A stretch of 32,000 bases of DNA from Pasteurella multocida (GCF_900187275.1 NZ_LT906458.1:2130001-2162000), one strand, 5' to 3'; counted from the first letter of the stretch, positions 1 through 12,881 are shown. Numbers and translations are program-made. Notes: generated from the sequence alone by a model not told the origin.

Positions 1-84
1 TTGATTATTGAGTGGGAAGGCGTAGGTAAACCATTATTTATGACAGGTGATGCGACACACGTGTATGATGGAGTGATTCGGTTA
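1..84 (+). CDS. dapF: Diaminopimelate epimerase, C-terminal fragment (5' end outside window)
   Basis: Frame 1 translates to LIEWEGVGKPLFMTGDATHVYDGVIRL*, the typical DapF C-terminus; it is followed by the conserved DUF484-xerC-yigB order. Confidence 0.9.
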
Positions 85-93
85 TAGGTTGTT

Positions 94-549
94 GTGACTT
101 TTCTTTGTTTCGCCAAAGAAAAGTAACCAAAAGCCACCTACTTTCTTTTGCTTGTACAAAAGAAAGTAGGCAAAGAAAATACACCCCGACTAAGCAACTT
201 TTCCTCATTTCGTGCTTATTTTTTCACGAAAAGTTAGCAGACTACGCACTGCGTGCTTCGCTGGCGTAACTTTTCTAAAAATAAGTCCTCCATTCGGGTT
301 GCTTACACGGGGCGATGGTTTGAGCATTATTCTCGCTGTCATAGCAATGATTTTTGTTTAGTCATAGTGACTTTTTTCCGTGAATGTTGCCCGAAGGGAA
401 AAGAAAACTTTAGCCAAGTTACGCTAGCGAAGCACGCAGTGCGTAGTCTGCTAACTTGGCGTTAAAAAATTTTACTTTACCAGAGGAAAGCGCAACACTG
501 GCGGGTCGCTTTTCTTTTGGTTTTCTGTGGCGAAGCAAAGAAAAGTGAC
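94..549. repeat. Large imperfect inverted-repeat block (nested arms)
   Basis: Inner arms 233-270 and 418-455 are reverse complements at 37/38 positions (gttagcagactacgcactgcgtgcttcgctggcgtaac). The outer arm starting at 94 (gtgacttttctttgtttcgcca...) is mirrored by the arm ending at 549 (...tggcgaagcaaagaaaagtgac). Confidence 0.85.
98..170. terminator. Two tandem strong hairpins just downstream of dapF
   Basis: cttttctttg(98-107)/caaagaaaag(114-123), then cctactttcttttg(137-150)/caaaagaaagtagg(157-170); both are perfect stems with 6 nt loops. Confidence 0.5.
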
Positions 550-614
550 AGAGAAGAGTAGATCGCTCATCGGAGCGAAAGCACGATTAATTCCTAACGA
601 AAAAATAACATACT

Positions 615-1313
615 ATGCAAAAACAATCCCTCACCCCAACTGACATCATCGACTACCTGACACAACACAAGGATTTTTTCCTTCATCACCCAGAAATACT
701 GGATGAGCTTAATCTCCATCACACACAGAACAATACCCTGTCTTTAGTGGAAATGCAGCTTGACCGTCAGCGTCATCGTATTCAAGAGTTAGAAGCGGAG
801 CTGGAGAAATTCACGCAACTTGCTATTCAACATAGTGATATTTTTCTGGGGTTATTGCCGTTACAACAACAGCTTTCTCAAGCACATAATCTCACAGAAG
901 GGATTCAGAAACTTGATCAGTGGGTGAAAAAATTCGAATTGCAACAAGCCAAAATCCTCTTATTTACTGATGCGTGGCAGAAAGGTGAAAGTTTAACGGA
1001 TGAAGTGTGGCTTGATCGTAAAGCGTTTGAGATAGTACGCTTAGAGCGTTTTGGTTTACGCCGTTTTTATTTGGGGCAAATGACACATAAAGAAAAAACC
1101 ATGCTATTTTTACCGGAAGAATTTCCGATTGGTTCGGTCGCCTGTTGTTTGTTAGGTGGAAAAACCTCGCAAAAACCGACCGCACTTTTGTTATTTTCTG
1201 CCAGAGATGAGCGTCATTTTCATAATGGGCAAGATACTGAATTTTTGAAACATTTAGTGGATATTGTCACCTTACATTTGGGACGATGGGTGGACAGTTT
1301 TAAAAAAGCCTGA
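615..1313 (+). CDS. DUF484 family protein (YigA-like)
   Basis: 232 aa ORF with DUF484-like N-terminus ([26 protein letters not shown]) and a GAF-like C-terminus; located between dapF and xerC. Confidence 0.85.
   Translation: MQKQSLTPTDIIDYLTQHKDFFLHHPEILDELNLHHTQNNTLSLVEMQLDRQRHRIQELEAELEKFTQLAIQHSDIFLGLLPLQQQLSQAHNLTEGIQKLDQWVKKFELQQAKILLFTDAWQKGESLTDEVWLDRKAFEIVRLERFGLRRFYLGQMTHKEKTMLFLPEEFPIGSVACCLLGGKTSQKPTALLLFSARDERHFHNGQDTEFLKHLVDIVTLHLGRWVDSFKKA
1179..1187 (-). repeat. DNA uptake signal sequence core (ACCGCACTT)
   Basis: Exact match to the 9-mer Haemophilus-type USS core. Confidence 0.85.
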
Positions 1314-1354
1314 GTTGGCTTGTGTTAAAAATAAGTGGGATAACGGGGAGTGGA

Positions 1355-2242
1355 ATGCAAGAACAGTTAGACAAATATTGGAATTATCTGCGCATTGAAA
1401 GACAAGTAAGCCCGCATACGTTGACGAATTACCAGCGTCAGCTTTATCGCATTGTGGACATTCTGGCGGAAAATGGGATCACAAGCTGGCAAGCCGTAAC
1501 CCCCAGTGTTGTACGTTTTATTTTGGCGCAAAGTAATAAAGATGGTTTAAAAGAACGCAGTTTAGCATTACGTTTGTCGGTATTACGCCGTTTTTTTACC
1601 TATTTAGTCCAACAACAAGATATTAACGTCAATCCCGCTACTGGCGTGTCTGCCCCAAAACAAAATCGACACTTACCGAAGAATATTGACGCTGAACAAG
1701 TACAGCAATTACTGAACAACGATAGCAAGGAACCAATTGATATTCGGGATCGAGCGATTTTAGAGTTGTTATACAGTTCCGGTCTACGTTTATCCGAATT
1801 ACAAAGTTTGAATTTAAACAGCATTAATACTCGAGTACGAGAAGTGCGGGTGATGGGTAAAGGTAATAAAGAACGTATTGTGCCTTTCGGGCGTTATGCC
1901 TCTCATGTAATTCAACAGTGGTTGAAAGTGCGTATCTTGTTTAACCCAAAAGATGAAGCGCTGTTTGTCAGCCAATTAGGCAATCGCCTTACTCACAGAG
2001 CTATTCAACAACGGCTCGAAGTTTGGGGAATTAAACAAGGACTAAGCAGTCATTTAAATCCACATAAACTGCGTCATTCCTTTGCCACACATATGCTCGA
2101 GGCGAGCTCTGATTTACGCGCGGTACAAGAATTATTAGGTCACAGTAATTTATCCACTACTCAAATTTATACCCATTTAAATTTTCAACATCTTGCGGAG
2201 GTGTATGATTCAGCACATCCGCGTGCGAAACGCAAAAAATAG
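1355..2242 (+). CDS. xerC: Tyrosine recombinase XerC (ORF track starts at GTG 1322; ATG at 1355 preferred)
   Basis: Integrase motifs [52 protein letters not shown]; the ATG at 1355 is preceded by ggggag. Confidence 0.95.
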   Translation: MQEQLDKYWNYLRIERQVSPHTLTNYQRQLYRIVDILAENGITSWQAVTPSVVRFILAQSNKDGLKERSLALRLSVLRRFFTYLVQQQDINVNPATGVSAPKQNRHLPKNIDAEQVQQLLNNDSKEPIDIRDRAILELLYSSGLRLSELQSLNLNSINTRVREVRVMGKGNKERIVPFGRYASHVIQQWLKVRILFNPKDEALFVSQLGNRLTHRAIQQRLEVWGIKQGLSSHLNPHKLRHSFATHMLEASSDLRAVQELLGHSNLSTTQIYTHLNFQHLAEVYDSAHPRAKRKK

Positions 2243-2251
2243 GAAAATTGT

Positions 2252-2962
2252 ATGAAATTCTACCGCACTTTACGTCCTTTTAAGTTAATCAGCTTTGATT
2301 TGGATGATACGCTGTATGATAACAGTGACGTGATTCGCCTCGCGGAAGAAAATTTTATTGAAAAAGTTAAACTTGAAAGTCAACTGGATATCTCACCGGA
2401 AGAATGGCGAGCGTGGAAGCAACGTATCGAACAGCAGCATCCTATGTTGTGTGAAGATGTGGTTGCTTGGCGTATTGAAACCTTGCACCAACTCTTAGCA
2501 AATTACCAGAAAAGTGCGGCAGAGATTGAGCGAGTTTGTCAACACGCTATGGCGTTATTTGTGGAATGGCGTCATAAAATTGATGTGCCGGCGCAAAGCC
2601 AACACGTGTTGAATTTACTAAAACAAAAATATCCACTGGTGGCAATTACTAACGGTAATGTCGAGCCACAACGTATTGGTTTATCGCAATTTGATCTCGT
2701 ACTACGGGGCGGTGAACAGGGCAGAGCGAAACCCCATCAAGATTTATTCCATCAAACCGCACAACACTTTGCTGTTCAGCCGCACGAGATTTTACATGTC
2801 GGTGATAATTTAATGACAGACGTACAAGGCGCGATTCAGGCTGATTGTCAGGCGGTTTGGATTAATCTTTCAGGCAAAGTGCTACGGGATTTCCCAGAAG
2901 CAAGATTAATGCCAACCTTAGAAATTACCGAGTTGAAACAGTTGTTAATGTTGATGGCGTAA
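2252..2962 (+). CDS. yigB: HAD-superfamily phosphatase YigB-like
   Basis: HAD motif FDLDDTLYDN, later TNGN and HVGDNLMTDVQGA; position after xerC. Confidence 0.85.
   Translation: MKFYRTLRPFKLISFDLDDTLYDNSDVIRLAEENFIEKVKLESQLDISPEEWRAWKQRIEQQHPMLCEDVVAWRIETLHQLLANYQKSAAEIERVCQHAMALFVEWRHKIDVPAQSQHVLNLLKQKYPLVAITNGNVEPQRIGLSQFDLVLRGGEQGRAKPHQDLFHQTAQHFAVQPHEILHVGDNLMTDVQGAIQADCQAVWINLSGKVLRDFPEARLMPTLEITELKQLLMLMA
2262..2270 (-). repeat. DNA uptake signal sequence core, inside yigB start
   Basis: taccgcacttta at codons 4-6 of yigB. Confidence 0.85.
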
Positions 2963-2984
2963 ACATCGTAGTGAGGGAGGAAAT

Positions 2985-3407
2985 ATGCAACAACAACGAG
3001 AAGCCACGATAGCCTTATGGTTTGAGATGTGGCTGCAACAACAAGATTTAGGTATTGATCGGATCTTTACGGAAAATGTGATTTATATTGAAAGCTGGGG
3101 ACCGAAATATACTGATCGCGCAACGCTCAAGCATTGGTTTAGCGAGTGGAACCAGCGTGGTAAAGTACAGGTTTGGGCAATCAAGCAGTATTTTCATAAA
3201 GGCAATCAAACGATTGTAGAGTGGACCTTCCATGATCAAATGCAAGATGGCAGGAAAGAGGCATTTGATGGTATGTCGCTAATTAAATGGTCTGGGCACA
3301 ATCAAATTTGCTATTTACAAGAATTTGGTTGTCATCGTGAACATTATAATCCTTATGAACAGGGCGACATTCCCCAATTTCGAGAAGACAAAAAGCACTG
3401 GTTTTAA
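2985..3407 (+). CDS. NTF2/SnoaL-like small protein
   Basis: 140 aa; FTENVIYIESWGPKYTDRATLKHWFSEWN...TIVEWTFHDQMQDGRKEAFDGMSLIKW resembles the SnoaL/NTF2 fold; good RBS (ggaggaa). Confidence 0.7.
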   Translation: MQQQREATIALWFEMWLQQQDLGIDRIFTENVIYIESWGPKYTDRATLKHWFSEWNQRGKVQVWAIKQYFHKGNQTIVEWTFHDQMQDGRKEAFDGMSLIKWSGHNQICYLQEFGCHREHYNPYEQGDIPQFREDKKHWF

Positions 3408-3428
3408 CGATTAAGTAGAAATGCTTCT

Positions 3429-4334
3429 CTAAGACGAGCACGATTTTCGGTTACAAAGTAATAGCCCAGCAATGATTAAACCCGCACTGATCATGTGGTA
3501 GAACGCAAGAGTTTCATTTAACACTAATACCCCTAATAACGCTGCGAATAACGGTGTGGCATTTGTAAAGGCAGCGCCTTTATCCGCACCCACTAGCGAA
3601 ATCCCATAGTTCCAAAAGCCATAAGATAGGATCGATGGACCGATGATTAAATAAGTAATAATGCTATATTGTGTTGGTGTTAACGTAGAGAAAAATGCAG
3701 GTGGCAATTGTTGATATTGCCAAATGAAGAGCGGGGTAAAAAGTAACATTGCCATACAAACTAACGTAGTTAACAGCACCGTATTGGGTAAGTGTGCTGG
3801 TTTAAGACGAATCAGACAACAATAAATAGACCAACTCAGTGCAGAGCCGAGTGCCCATAAATCCCCTTGATTCACTTCTAATTGAGTTAGACGTTGTATA
3901 TCGCCTTGGCTAAGTAGCCAAAGAACTCCAACAAAACTAAACAATGCACCAGTCAATCCCGTAAAATCAATAGGATCACCAAAGACAAGGCGGTTGAGAA
4001 ATAAGACAAAAATAGGGACTACCGCGAGGTAAATACTGGCATTGAGCGACGTTGTGGTTTGTAAACCCTGATATAAAAATACTGGGAAAATCACAATACC
4101 CAGCAGAGAAAGTGCGATCAAAATTCGCCAATGTTGACGGATCACGGGCGTAAATTGGCAGCTACGTTTACTAAATAATAGCAATAAGATTAAGGCAGCC
4201 GGAAACCAACGAGCATAATTTAACACAATGGGTGGAATGTCCGTGCTGAGTATTTTGCCAAATAGGTAGTTACTGCCCCAAAAGAGGGTGGCTAACAGTA
4301 AGCAAAAATAGCCATAACCTTGTTTGTTCGTCAT
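3429..4334 (-). CDS. EamA/DMT family transporter
   Basis: 301 aa with about 10 hydrophobic segments and two EamA-like repeats (FWGSNYLFGKIL; GALLGVLVLNETL). Confidence 0.85.
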   Translation of the reverse strand: MTNKQGYGYFCLLLATLFWGSNYLFGKILSTDIPPIVLNYARWFPAALILLLLFSKRSCQFTPVIRQHWRILIALSLLGIVIFPVFLYQGLQTTTSLNASIYLAVVPIFVLFLNRLVFGDPIDFTGLTGALFSFVGVLWLLSQGDIQRLTQLEVNQGDLWALGSALSWSIYCCLIRLKPAHLPNTVLLTTLVCMAMLLFTPLFIWQYQQLPPAFFSTLTPTQYSIITYLIIGPSILSYGFWNYGISLVGADKGAAFTNATPLFAALLGVLVLNETLAFYHMISAGLIIAGLLLCNRKSCSS

Positions 4335-4687
4335 CGTATTCCGCGCTCAATAATGATGCCGACATTACGTGCTTGTGCCACGGCTTTCGGTTTACTCAAT
4401 TTTAAACGTAACCAGCGGATGCCAAAGCGTTGTTGTAATTGCTCCGCCATTTCATATGCCACGCGTTCAATCAATAAGAAGGGTTTTGATTGCACATAAT
4501 CAAGAATAAACGCACTCACTTCAGCATAATTTAAACAATATTGCACATCGTCAGTTTCTGCCGCTTGACGGCAATCCCATGCCATTTCCAGATCAAACAC
4601 TAATTTTTGTTTAATTTGCTGTTCCCAGTCATATACCCCAATTTGAGCGAAAACGGTCAGTTCCTCAATGAAAATGTGATCAATCAT
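4331..4687 (-). CDS. folB: Dihydroneopterin aldolase
   Basis: 118 aa; IFIEELTVFAQIGVYDWEQQIKQKLVFDLEM is typical of FolB. Confidence 0.92.
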   Translation of the reverse strand: MIDHIFIEELTVFAQIGVYDWEQQIKQKLVFDLEMAWDCRQAAETDDVQYCLNYAEVSAFILDYVQSKPFLLIERVAYEMAEQLQQRFGIRWLRLKLSKPKAVAQARNVGIIIERGIR

Positions 4688-4792
4688 TCATTTATTCCTT
4701 CCAATATGAAATTTCATTAGGCTTATGCTATCAACTTTATGTACAATAGACGAATAAAATTTTTCCATGCCGACCACTCTAAAGGACAAAAA

Positions 4793-5398
4793 ATGAGCCT
4801 ATTTGCGATTTTCTATCTGTTCCTGGCGTATTTATTAGGATCTGTTTCTAGTGCAATTTTATTGTGTCGTTTAGCGGGGTTGCCTGATCCAAGAGAAAGT
4901 GGTTCTCATAATCCCGGTGCAACCAATGTCTTGCGTATTGGTGGGCGTTGGGTGGCATTGAGTGTACTCCTGTTTGATATGCTCAAAGGTATGTTACCTG
5001 TTTGGTTAGGCTATTATCTTGGTTTGACTCATTTTGAATTAGGGATGGTGGCATTAGGTGCTTGTTTAGGGCACATTTTCCCAATCTTCTTTAAATTTAA
5101 AGGCGGAAAAGGGGTGGCAACGGCATTTGGTGCTATTGCGCCGATCTCATGGGGTGTCGCTGGCAGTATGCTGGGCACTTGGTTATTGATTTTCTTCGTG
5201 AGTGGTTATTCTTCGCTCAGTGCAGTGATGACCGCGCTTCTGGTACCTTTCTATGTGTGGTGGTTTAAGCCCGAGTTTACTTTCCCTGTCGCTTTAGTGT
5301 GTTGCTTGTTGATTTATCGCCATCATGACAATATTCAGCGTTTGTGGCGTGGGCAAGAAGACAAAGTGTGGAATAAACTGAAAAACAAAAAAGATTAA
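4793..5398 (+). CDS. plsY: Glycerol-3-phosphate acyltransferase PlsY (ORF track start 4739; ATG 4793 preferred)
   Basis: [38 protein letters not shown] and [18 protein letters not shown] motifs. Confidence 0.93.
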   Translation: MSLFAIFYLFLAYLLGSVSSAILLCRLAGLPDPRESGSHNPGATNVLRIGGRWVALSVLLFDMLKGMLPVWLGYYLGLTHFELGMVALGACLGHIFPIFFKFKGGKGVATAFGAIAPISWGVAGSMLGTWLLIFFVSGYSSLSAVMTALLVPFYVWWFKPEFTFPVALVCCLLIYRHHDNIQRLWRGQEDKVWNKLKNKKD

Positions 5399-5412
5399 GT
5401 TAGCTAAGTAAC

Positions 5413-5438
5413 AAAAAAGGACCAGACGGTCCTTTTTT
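5413..5438. terminator. Bidirectional intrinsic terminator between convergent plsY and zipA
   Basis: AAAAAAGGACC-agac-GGTCCTTTTTT, perfect stem. Confidence 0.9.
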
Positions 5439-5453
5439 ATTGCGCGTTTTAGG

Positions 5454-6425
5454 TTATCTGACTTTATCAAGATAGGCTTTTTCCGCTTGGTCATCAAAAA
5501 TGGCTTGTTGATCAGTTAAGACAAAGCCGCCAAGATCTTCCGCAATACTTTTCGCTGCACGGATCATCATGCGTAAATTCATCAGATCATTGCCTTCTGA
5601 TGGCAACTGCATAAAGAGGGCGATCCCAACGGTACTAAAGTCATGCATATTGTAATCAAATGTCCCAGGTTGTTCGATGTTGGCAACACTAAATAAGACT
5701 GGGCTGTTGACACTTAAATCAGAATGGCGGTGATAAATATTATGTTCACCAAATAAGAAACCTAATTCATCTAAAATTTTAGCCAGTCTTGCGCCTTGGA
5801 ATTGATAATTTTCAGGTGCAACGACGTACATCATAATAAAAGTGGCATCCGTGTCTTGGCTTACATTTTCGCTTGCTTGTTGCTGAGCTTGACTTTCCAT
5901 TAAGGCTTGTTCTTCCTGTAATGCAGCTAATGTCACGGAAGGTGATTGTTGTGCGAGATCAGCCAATTGTTGGCGTAATTGTTCGGAGTGAGTATCGATC
6001 CCTTCTTCTTGATTTGCATAATTCTCAACCTCTGCAATGGTGGTTAACGCGGGAGAGGTTGGTGGGGTATCGGGTTCAATTTTAGCTTGATAAGGTTGCT
6101 CTTCTTTAGGCAAAGTAATTTTGATATTTTCAATCGCTTGTTCAACGGCTTGTTGTTCATGGGCGAATTGTTTTTCTGCTTCAAAAGCAAAGGTACGTTG
6201 TGCCGGAGAAACCTCGGCGGTAGGTGTACTGGTGTTCGCATCCTTTTTTTCTTCTGATGCTGATTGGATATGCGCCGGAGGTTCTCTTAGACGAGAATCT
6301 CGCGTAAAGGTATTCGCACTTTTAAAGTATTGTGACTTTTCGCGGCGATTGGCCCATAAGCCATGAACCACCAAAATAATTAATGCGATAATGCCTAAAA
6401 TAATTAAAATTGTATTCAAATCCAT
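5454..6425 (-). CDS. zipA: Cell division protein ZipA (ATG at 6425 preferred over the upstream start)
   Basis: N-terminal anchor MDLNTILIILGIIALIILVVHGLWANRREKSQYF, low-complexity linker, C-terminal ZipA domain (TFDYNMHDFSTVGIALFMQLP). Confidence 0.93.
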   Translation of the reverse strand: MDLNTILIILGIIALIILVVHGLWANRREKSQYFKSANTFTRDSRLREPPAHIQSASEEKKDANTSTPTAEVSPAQRTFAFEAEKQFAHEQQAVEQAIENIKITLPKEEQPYQAKIEPDTPPTSPALTTIAEVENYANQEEGIDTHSEQLRQQLADLAQQSPSVTLAALQEEQALMESQAQQQASENVSQDTDATFIMMYVVAPENYQFQGARLAKILDELGFLFGEHNIYHRHSDLSVNSPVLFSVANIEQPGTFDYNMHDFSTVGIALFMQLPSEGNDLMNLRMMIRAAKSIAEDLGGFVLTDQQAIFDDQAEKAYLDKVR

Positions 6426-6596
6426 TATCCATTCCTCATCATTATTAAAAGGATAAAACTCGCATAAGCTTATCATATTTTCTAGGGCTTGTTGATCATT
6501 TGTTATGACAATCCAAGGATGAAAAAAACAGCAAAAAATTGCTTTTTGAGTGCTCGCTTTGTATGCTAGCGCTTTGTTAATTTATCGGGAGAACTT

Positions 6597-7400
6597 ATGT
6601 TATCGCATGCTGAACTGAAGCAAGGCTTTCATTATTTTATGATGGGGTGGCATTTAATTACTCAGAAAGGGCTACGCCGTTTTGTGATTATGCCAATCCT
6701 ACTAAACATCGTGTTACTAAGCGGATTATTTTGGCTTTTTATTACACAAATTGAAAAAATGATTGGAATGCTCATGCTCTCGATTCCAGATTGGTTAAGT
6801 TGGTTGAGTAGCATTTTGCTGATATTTGCTATTTTGATGATTTTAGTCCTGTTTTATTTTGTCTTCACGACCTTGTCAGGCTTTATTGCTGCACCTTTTA
6901 ATGGTTTGTTAGCGGAGAAAGTCGAAAAAATGCTGACAGGTGAAAATCTGGTGGAGGGCAGTGTATGGGATTTTATGAAAGATATTCCACGGATGCTTGG
7001 GCAAGAATGGCAAAAGTTAGTGTATAGTTTACCAAAACTGATTATTTTATTTTTATTAGGTTTTGTGCCGGTTTTAGGGCAAAGCGTTATTCCGATTATT
7101 GTGACATTATTTACGGCATGGATGATGGCAATTCAATATTGTGATTATCCTTTTGATAACCATAAAGTGCCTTTTTTTGTGATGAAAGCAGAATTAGCAG
7201 AAAAGAGAGCACTTAGCTTAAGTTTCGGTGGTTTGGTAATGCTGTGTACTTTTATTCCTTTAGTGAATTTGGTGGTGATTCCTGTTGCTGTTTGTGGTGC
7301 GACGGCGATGTGGGTGACACATTTTCGCGAGCATTTAGCCATGAAACCGGTTAATCAGGAAGGCGTAAGTCGAGCGAGTACAGTCAGCATTGTAAAATAG
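6597..7400 (+). CDS. cysZ: Sulfate transporter CysZ
   Basis: 267 aa membrane protein; QRLVFVIMP-like, [10 protein letters not shown] and [17 protein letters not shown] motifs; next to cysK. Confidence 0.9.
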   Translation: MLSHAELKQGFHYFMMGWHLITQKGLRRFVIMPILLNIVLLSGLFWLFITQIEKMIGMLMLSIPDWLSWLSSILLIFAILMILVLFYFVFTTLSGFIAAPFNGLLAEKVEKMLTGENLVEGSVWDFMKDIPRMLGQEWQKLVYSLPKLIILFLLGFVPVLGQSVIPIIVTLFTAWMMAIQYCDYPFDNHKVPFFVMKAELAEKRALSLSFGGLVMLCTFIPLVNLVVIPVAVCGATAMWVTHFREHLAMKPVNQEGVSRASTVSIVK

Positions 7401-7509
7401 TATTTTGTTATAAAATATAGCAAATGGCTATTTTTGTGGGGATTGGAATTATGGTAGAACTAAGCTATGGCTTAATTACTCAATGGATTGAACACAGAAG
7501 GAATACAAG

Positions 7510-8457
7510 ATGACCATTTACTCAGATAATTCTTATTCAATTGGTAATACACCACTTGTGCGCTTGAAACACTTTGGTCAAGGCAATATTGTGGTCAAAG
7601 TGGAAGGGCGTAATCCCAGTTTTAGTGTGAAGTGCCGTATTGGGGCGAATATGGTATGGCAAGCAGAAAAAGACGGCATTTTGACGAAAGAAAAAGAAAT
7701 TGTCGATGCTACCAGTGGGAATACTGGGATCGCCTTAGCCTATGTGGCAGCTGCACGCGGTTATAAAATCACTTTAACGATGCCAGAAACCATGAGTGCA
7801 GAACGTAAACGTTTATTACGTGGATTGGGCGTCAATTTAGTTTTAACGGAAGGTGCATTGGGCATGAAAGGGGCAATTGCCAAAGCAGAAGAAATTGTCG
7901 CGTCTGATCCACAACGCTATGTGATGTTAAAGCAGTTTGAAAATCCGGCTAATCCAGCCATTCACCAACAAACAACTGGACCGGAAATTTGGCGTGATAC
8001 GGATGGTCAAATTGATGTGCTGGTTGCCGGTGTTGGCACCGGCGGGACGATTACAGGGATTAGCCGTTATATTAAACAAGATAAAGGTAAAGCGATTCTC
8101 TCTGTGGCAGTTGAACCTGCGGAATCACCGGTGATTAGTCAAACTTTAGCCGGTGAAGAGATCAAGCCTGCCCCACATAAAATTCAAGGCATTGGCGCGG
8201 GCTTTATCCCTAAAAATTTAGACCTTGCATTAGTGGATCGTGTTGAAACCGTGAGTAGTGAGGAAGCCATGCAAACTGCACGTCGATTAATGGCAGAAGA
8301 AGGCATTTTAGGGGGGATTTCATCAGGAGCGGCGGTGGCTGCCGCAGATCGTTTGGCAAAATTACCTGAATTTGCCGAGAAATTAATCGTAGTTATTTTA
8401 CCGTCTGCGTCAGAACGCTATTTAAGTACGGCATTATTTGAAGGCATTGAGGCTTAA
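7510..8457 (+). CDS. cysK: Cysteine synthase A
   Basis: [54 protein letters not shown]. Confidence 0.95.
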   Translation: MTIYSDNSYSIGNTPLVRLKHFGQGNIVVKVEGRNPSFSVKCRIGANMVWQAEKDGILTKEKEIVDATSGNTGIALAYVAAARGYKITLTMPETMSAERKRLLRGLGVNLVLTEGALGMKGAIAKAEEIVASDPQRYVMLKQFENPANPAIHQQTTGPEIWRDTDGQIDVLVAGVGTGGTITGISRYIKQDKGKAILSVAVEPAESPVISQTLAGEEIKPAPHKIQGIGAGFIPKNLDLALVDRVETVSSEEAMQTARRLMAEEGILGGISSGAAVAAADRLAKLPEFAEKLIVVILPSASERYLSTALFEGIEA

Positions 8458-8478
8458 TTCCTTCCCTTTATTACAAGC

Positions 8479-8517
8479 AAAGTGCGGTCAAAACGTATGA
8501 AATTTTGACCGCACTTT
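8479..8517. terminator. Intrinsic terminator built from two inverted uptake sequences, between convergent cysK and hemB
   Basis: AAAGTGCGGTCAAAA (8479-8493) / TTTTGACCGCACTTT (8503-8517), a perfect 15 bp stem with 9 nt loop. Confidence 0.92.
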
Positions 8518-8532
8518 TTATTGCAAGAGACA

Positions 8533-10366
<1,834 letters not shown>

Positions 10367-10367
<1 letters not shown>

Positions 10368-10942
10368 TAGGCTTTCTTATCTTGTATTTCTTCTGTTTGA
10401 GGTTTTACTTTTGAGGCAAATACCGGCTCATCATCGTCATCGGGATAATATTGCTGGATATAAGCCATTTCATCGTTTTCTTCGGCAAGTTCTGCTTGTT
10501 CTGCAGGAGACAGGACATCATCGGTTGTTGCCTCCGTCACTTGTTCAGACGGGGTGAGTTGCTCCGTCAGTGTTTGTGATGTGCTCTCTGTTGCATTTTT
10601 TATCTCTTTGATCTGTTCTTCCAGTGTTGTATTGGTCGCTGCGGCTTTTTGTTCTAGCGCGGTACGCATTTTTTCAGCCGAGGCTTTCAATTCTTCAACC
10701 GTTTTACTGAGTTCAGGCGAGAGTTGTTGGAAATTGAGTTCTTCTGCTTTTTTTATGCTTTCTTGCAGCTCTTGTAATTTCAGTTCTTGTTTTAGTTCAT
10801 TTTGCACATTGGAGGCTAAACCACGAATTGTTGCAACCCAGCCCATGACGGTGCGAATTGCCACAGGCAAACGTTTCGGTCCGAGCACAAGCAGACCGAT
10901 GACTAAAATAAGAAATAACTCAGAAAACCCAATATCAAACAT
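10367..10942 (-). CDS. tatB: Sec-independent protein translocase TatB
   Basis: [31 protein letters not shown], followed by an acidic/amphipathic tail. Confidence 0.95.
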
Positions 10943-11172
10943 TATGCTTGTTCTTTGTCTTTTGCTTTTTCAGTTTTTGCTGTAGTTTCGCTGTCATCGT
11001 TTAATGACTTGAATTCGGCATCTTTTTCTTTGTTATCATCTGCCATGGCTTTTTTGAAACCTTTTACGGATTCGCCCAAGTCAGACCCTAATGTTCTCAA
11101 TTTTTTTGTACCAAATAATAAAACAACGATTGCTACAATAATAAGTAGTTGCGTAATACTAATGCCACCCAT
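10942..11172 (-). CDS. tatA: Sec-independent protein translocase TatA
   Basis: [43 protein letters not shown]. Confidence 0.95.
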   Translation of the reverse strand: MGGISITQLLIIVAIVVLLFGTKKLRTLGSDLGESVKGFKKAMADDNKEKDAEFKSLNDDSETTAKTEKAKDKEQA

Positions 11173-11280
11173 ATTTTATCCTTCTTTAGTATGTTGAAAA
11201 ATGAATGTTGGTGAATATAGCTTTTTTACTGCGTTTGAACAATAGCCAATTCACATTATTTTCTCTTCTTTTGCGTTTGA

Positions 11281-12864
11281 TCAGCTTAGTAAGTAAATTA
11301 AAAGCCAGATCACTAAGCCAGTGCATAACCCCAGAATAAAGGAGGTGAAGTGAGGAATGTTACGTTTTTTGGCTAAGGTGCGATTTAAATGGATTAACTC
11401 ATCAGCGATAATTTTTTGTTGCGCGAGGGCATCCATCACATTTTCTGGTAAATCAACCAAATGTTCACGCCAATATGGCAGTTTTTGTTTAACAGATTTA
11501 GTAAAGGCTTTTATGCCCATTTGCTCATCGAGCCATTTTTGTAAGAAGGGCTTCGCGGTATCCCATAAATCTAGTTGTGGATAAAGCTGTCTGCCTAACC
11601 CTTCAATGTAAAGTAACGTTTTTTGTAGTAACACCAATTGTGGCTGGACTTCCATATTGTATTCGCGTGCCACATTAAACAGGTTTAAGAGCACATGTCC
11701 AAAGGAAATCTCGGATAAGGGTTTAGCAAAAATTGGCTCACACACCTCACGAAAAGCTTGCTCAAAATCATCAATATTCGTGTCTTTGGGCGTCCAACCC
11801 GATGCAACATGCATTTCCGCAACACGGCGATAGTCGCGATTAAAAAACGCCACAAAACTTTCCGCTAAATAACGTTTATCATGATCATTGAGGCGTCCCA
11901 CAATACCACAATCGATCCCAATATATTGGGGATCGTCAGGATGTGCTCGATTGACAAAAATATTACCCGGGTGCATGTCGGCATGGAAAAAGCTATCACG
12001 AAAAACCTGAGTAAAAAATACCTGTACACCACGCTCCGCCAGTAATTTCATATTGGTGCCATTAGCATGGAGTTCTTCAATATTGGAAACCGGTATCCCA
12101 TAAATACGTTCCATGACGATGACGGTTTGATGACAAAATTGTTTATACATTTCGGGAATGTATAACATTGGGCTGTTTTCAAAATTGGCACGTAATTGAA
12201 TCGCATTCGCCATTTCACGGCGTAAGTCTAATTCATCGCGTAGGGTTTTTTCATATTCGCGCACGACTTCCACAGGGCGTAGTCTGCGTCCTTCTGCTTT
12301 TATGCGCGGGATCCAACTTGCTACTTTGTACATTAAACTTAAGTCAGCATTAATCATTTGTTGGATGTTAGGGCGTAAAACCTTTAATACCACTTCTTTT
12401 CCTGCCAAACGGCTTTCTAAGTGCGGTGCGTTTTGCTTAAATTTTGCCGTATGGACTTGTGCAATCGAAGCTGAAGCTAAGGCTGTTTCGTTAAATTCAT
12501 CAAACCATGTTTCGAGTGGCGCGCCTAGCGCTTTTTCAATTTGTGCTCTGGCGATCTTGCCATCAAAGGGATCGACTTGATCTTGTAACAACGCTAATTC
12601 ATCAGCAATGTCAGGGGGGAATAAATCACGACGCGTGGAAAGCATTTGTCCTAATTTGATCCAAACTGGTCCCAACTCTTGTAGCGCAAGGCGTAAACGC
12701 AAACCAAATGTTTTGTCCTTATGTTGATTTCGTAGCCAAAATAGGGTTTTTCGCCAGCAGCGGATTGCACGTGTATAGCGGTGCTGGGGTAGGGCCTCAT
12801 CAATCCCGTAAAGTAAGAAAGTTTTAATGATGTTATATAAGTGGGAAATATCTTTAATTTGCAT
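11281..12864 (-). CDS. ubiB: UbiB (ubiquinone biosynthesis ABC1/ADCK-like atypical kinase)
   Basis: [48 protein letters not shown]. Confidence 0.95.
   Translation of the reverse strand: MQIKDISHLYNIIKTFLLYGIDEALPQHRYTRAIRCWRKTLFWLRNQHKDKTFGLRLRLALQELGPVWIKLGQMLSTRRDLFPPDIADELALLQDQVDPFDGKIARAQIEKALGAPLETWFDEFNETALASASIAQVHTAKFKQNAPHLESRLAGKEVVLKVLRPNIQQMINADLSLMYKVASWIPRIKAEGRRLRPVEVVREYEKTLRDELDLRREMANAIQLRANFENSPMLYIPEMYKQFCHQTVIVMERIYGIPVSNIEELHANGTNMKLLAERGVQVFFTQVFRDSFFHADMHPGNIFVNRAHPDDPQYIGIDCGIVGRLNDHDKRYLAESFVAFFNRDYRRVAEMHVASGWTPKDTNIDDFEQAFREVCEPIFAKPLSEISFGHVLLNLFNVAREYNMEVQPQLVLLQKTLLYIEGLGRQLYPQLDLWDTAKPFLQKWLDEQMGIKAFTKSVKQKLPYWREHLVDLPENVMDALAQQKIIADELIHLNRTLAKKRNIPHFTSFILGLCTGLVIWLLIYLLS
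12419..12427 (+). repeat. DNA uptake signal sequence core (AAGTGCGGT) in ubiB
   Basis: Exact 9-mer. Confidence 0.85.
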
Positions 12865-12881
12865 GGGTTGTCCCTATTGGG

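Noticed and set aside
253-465. 70 aa plus-strand ORF in the track
   Set aside because: It is read straight through the inverted-repeat block, both ends lie in the repeat arms, and the peptide has no recognisable domain. Treated as an artefact of the repeat.
10554-10985. 143 aa plus-strand ORF opposite tatB/tatA
   Set aside because: Ser/Cys-rich shadow of the Glu/Lys-rich TatB tail. TatB and TatA are certain.
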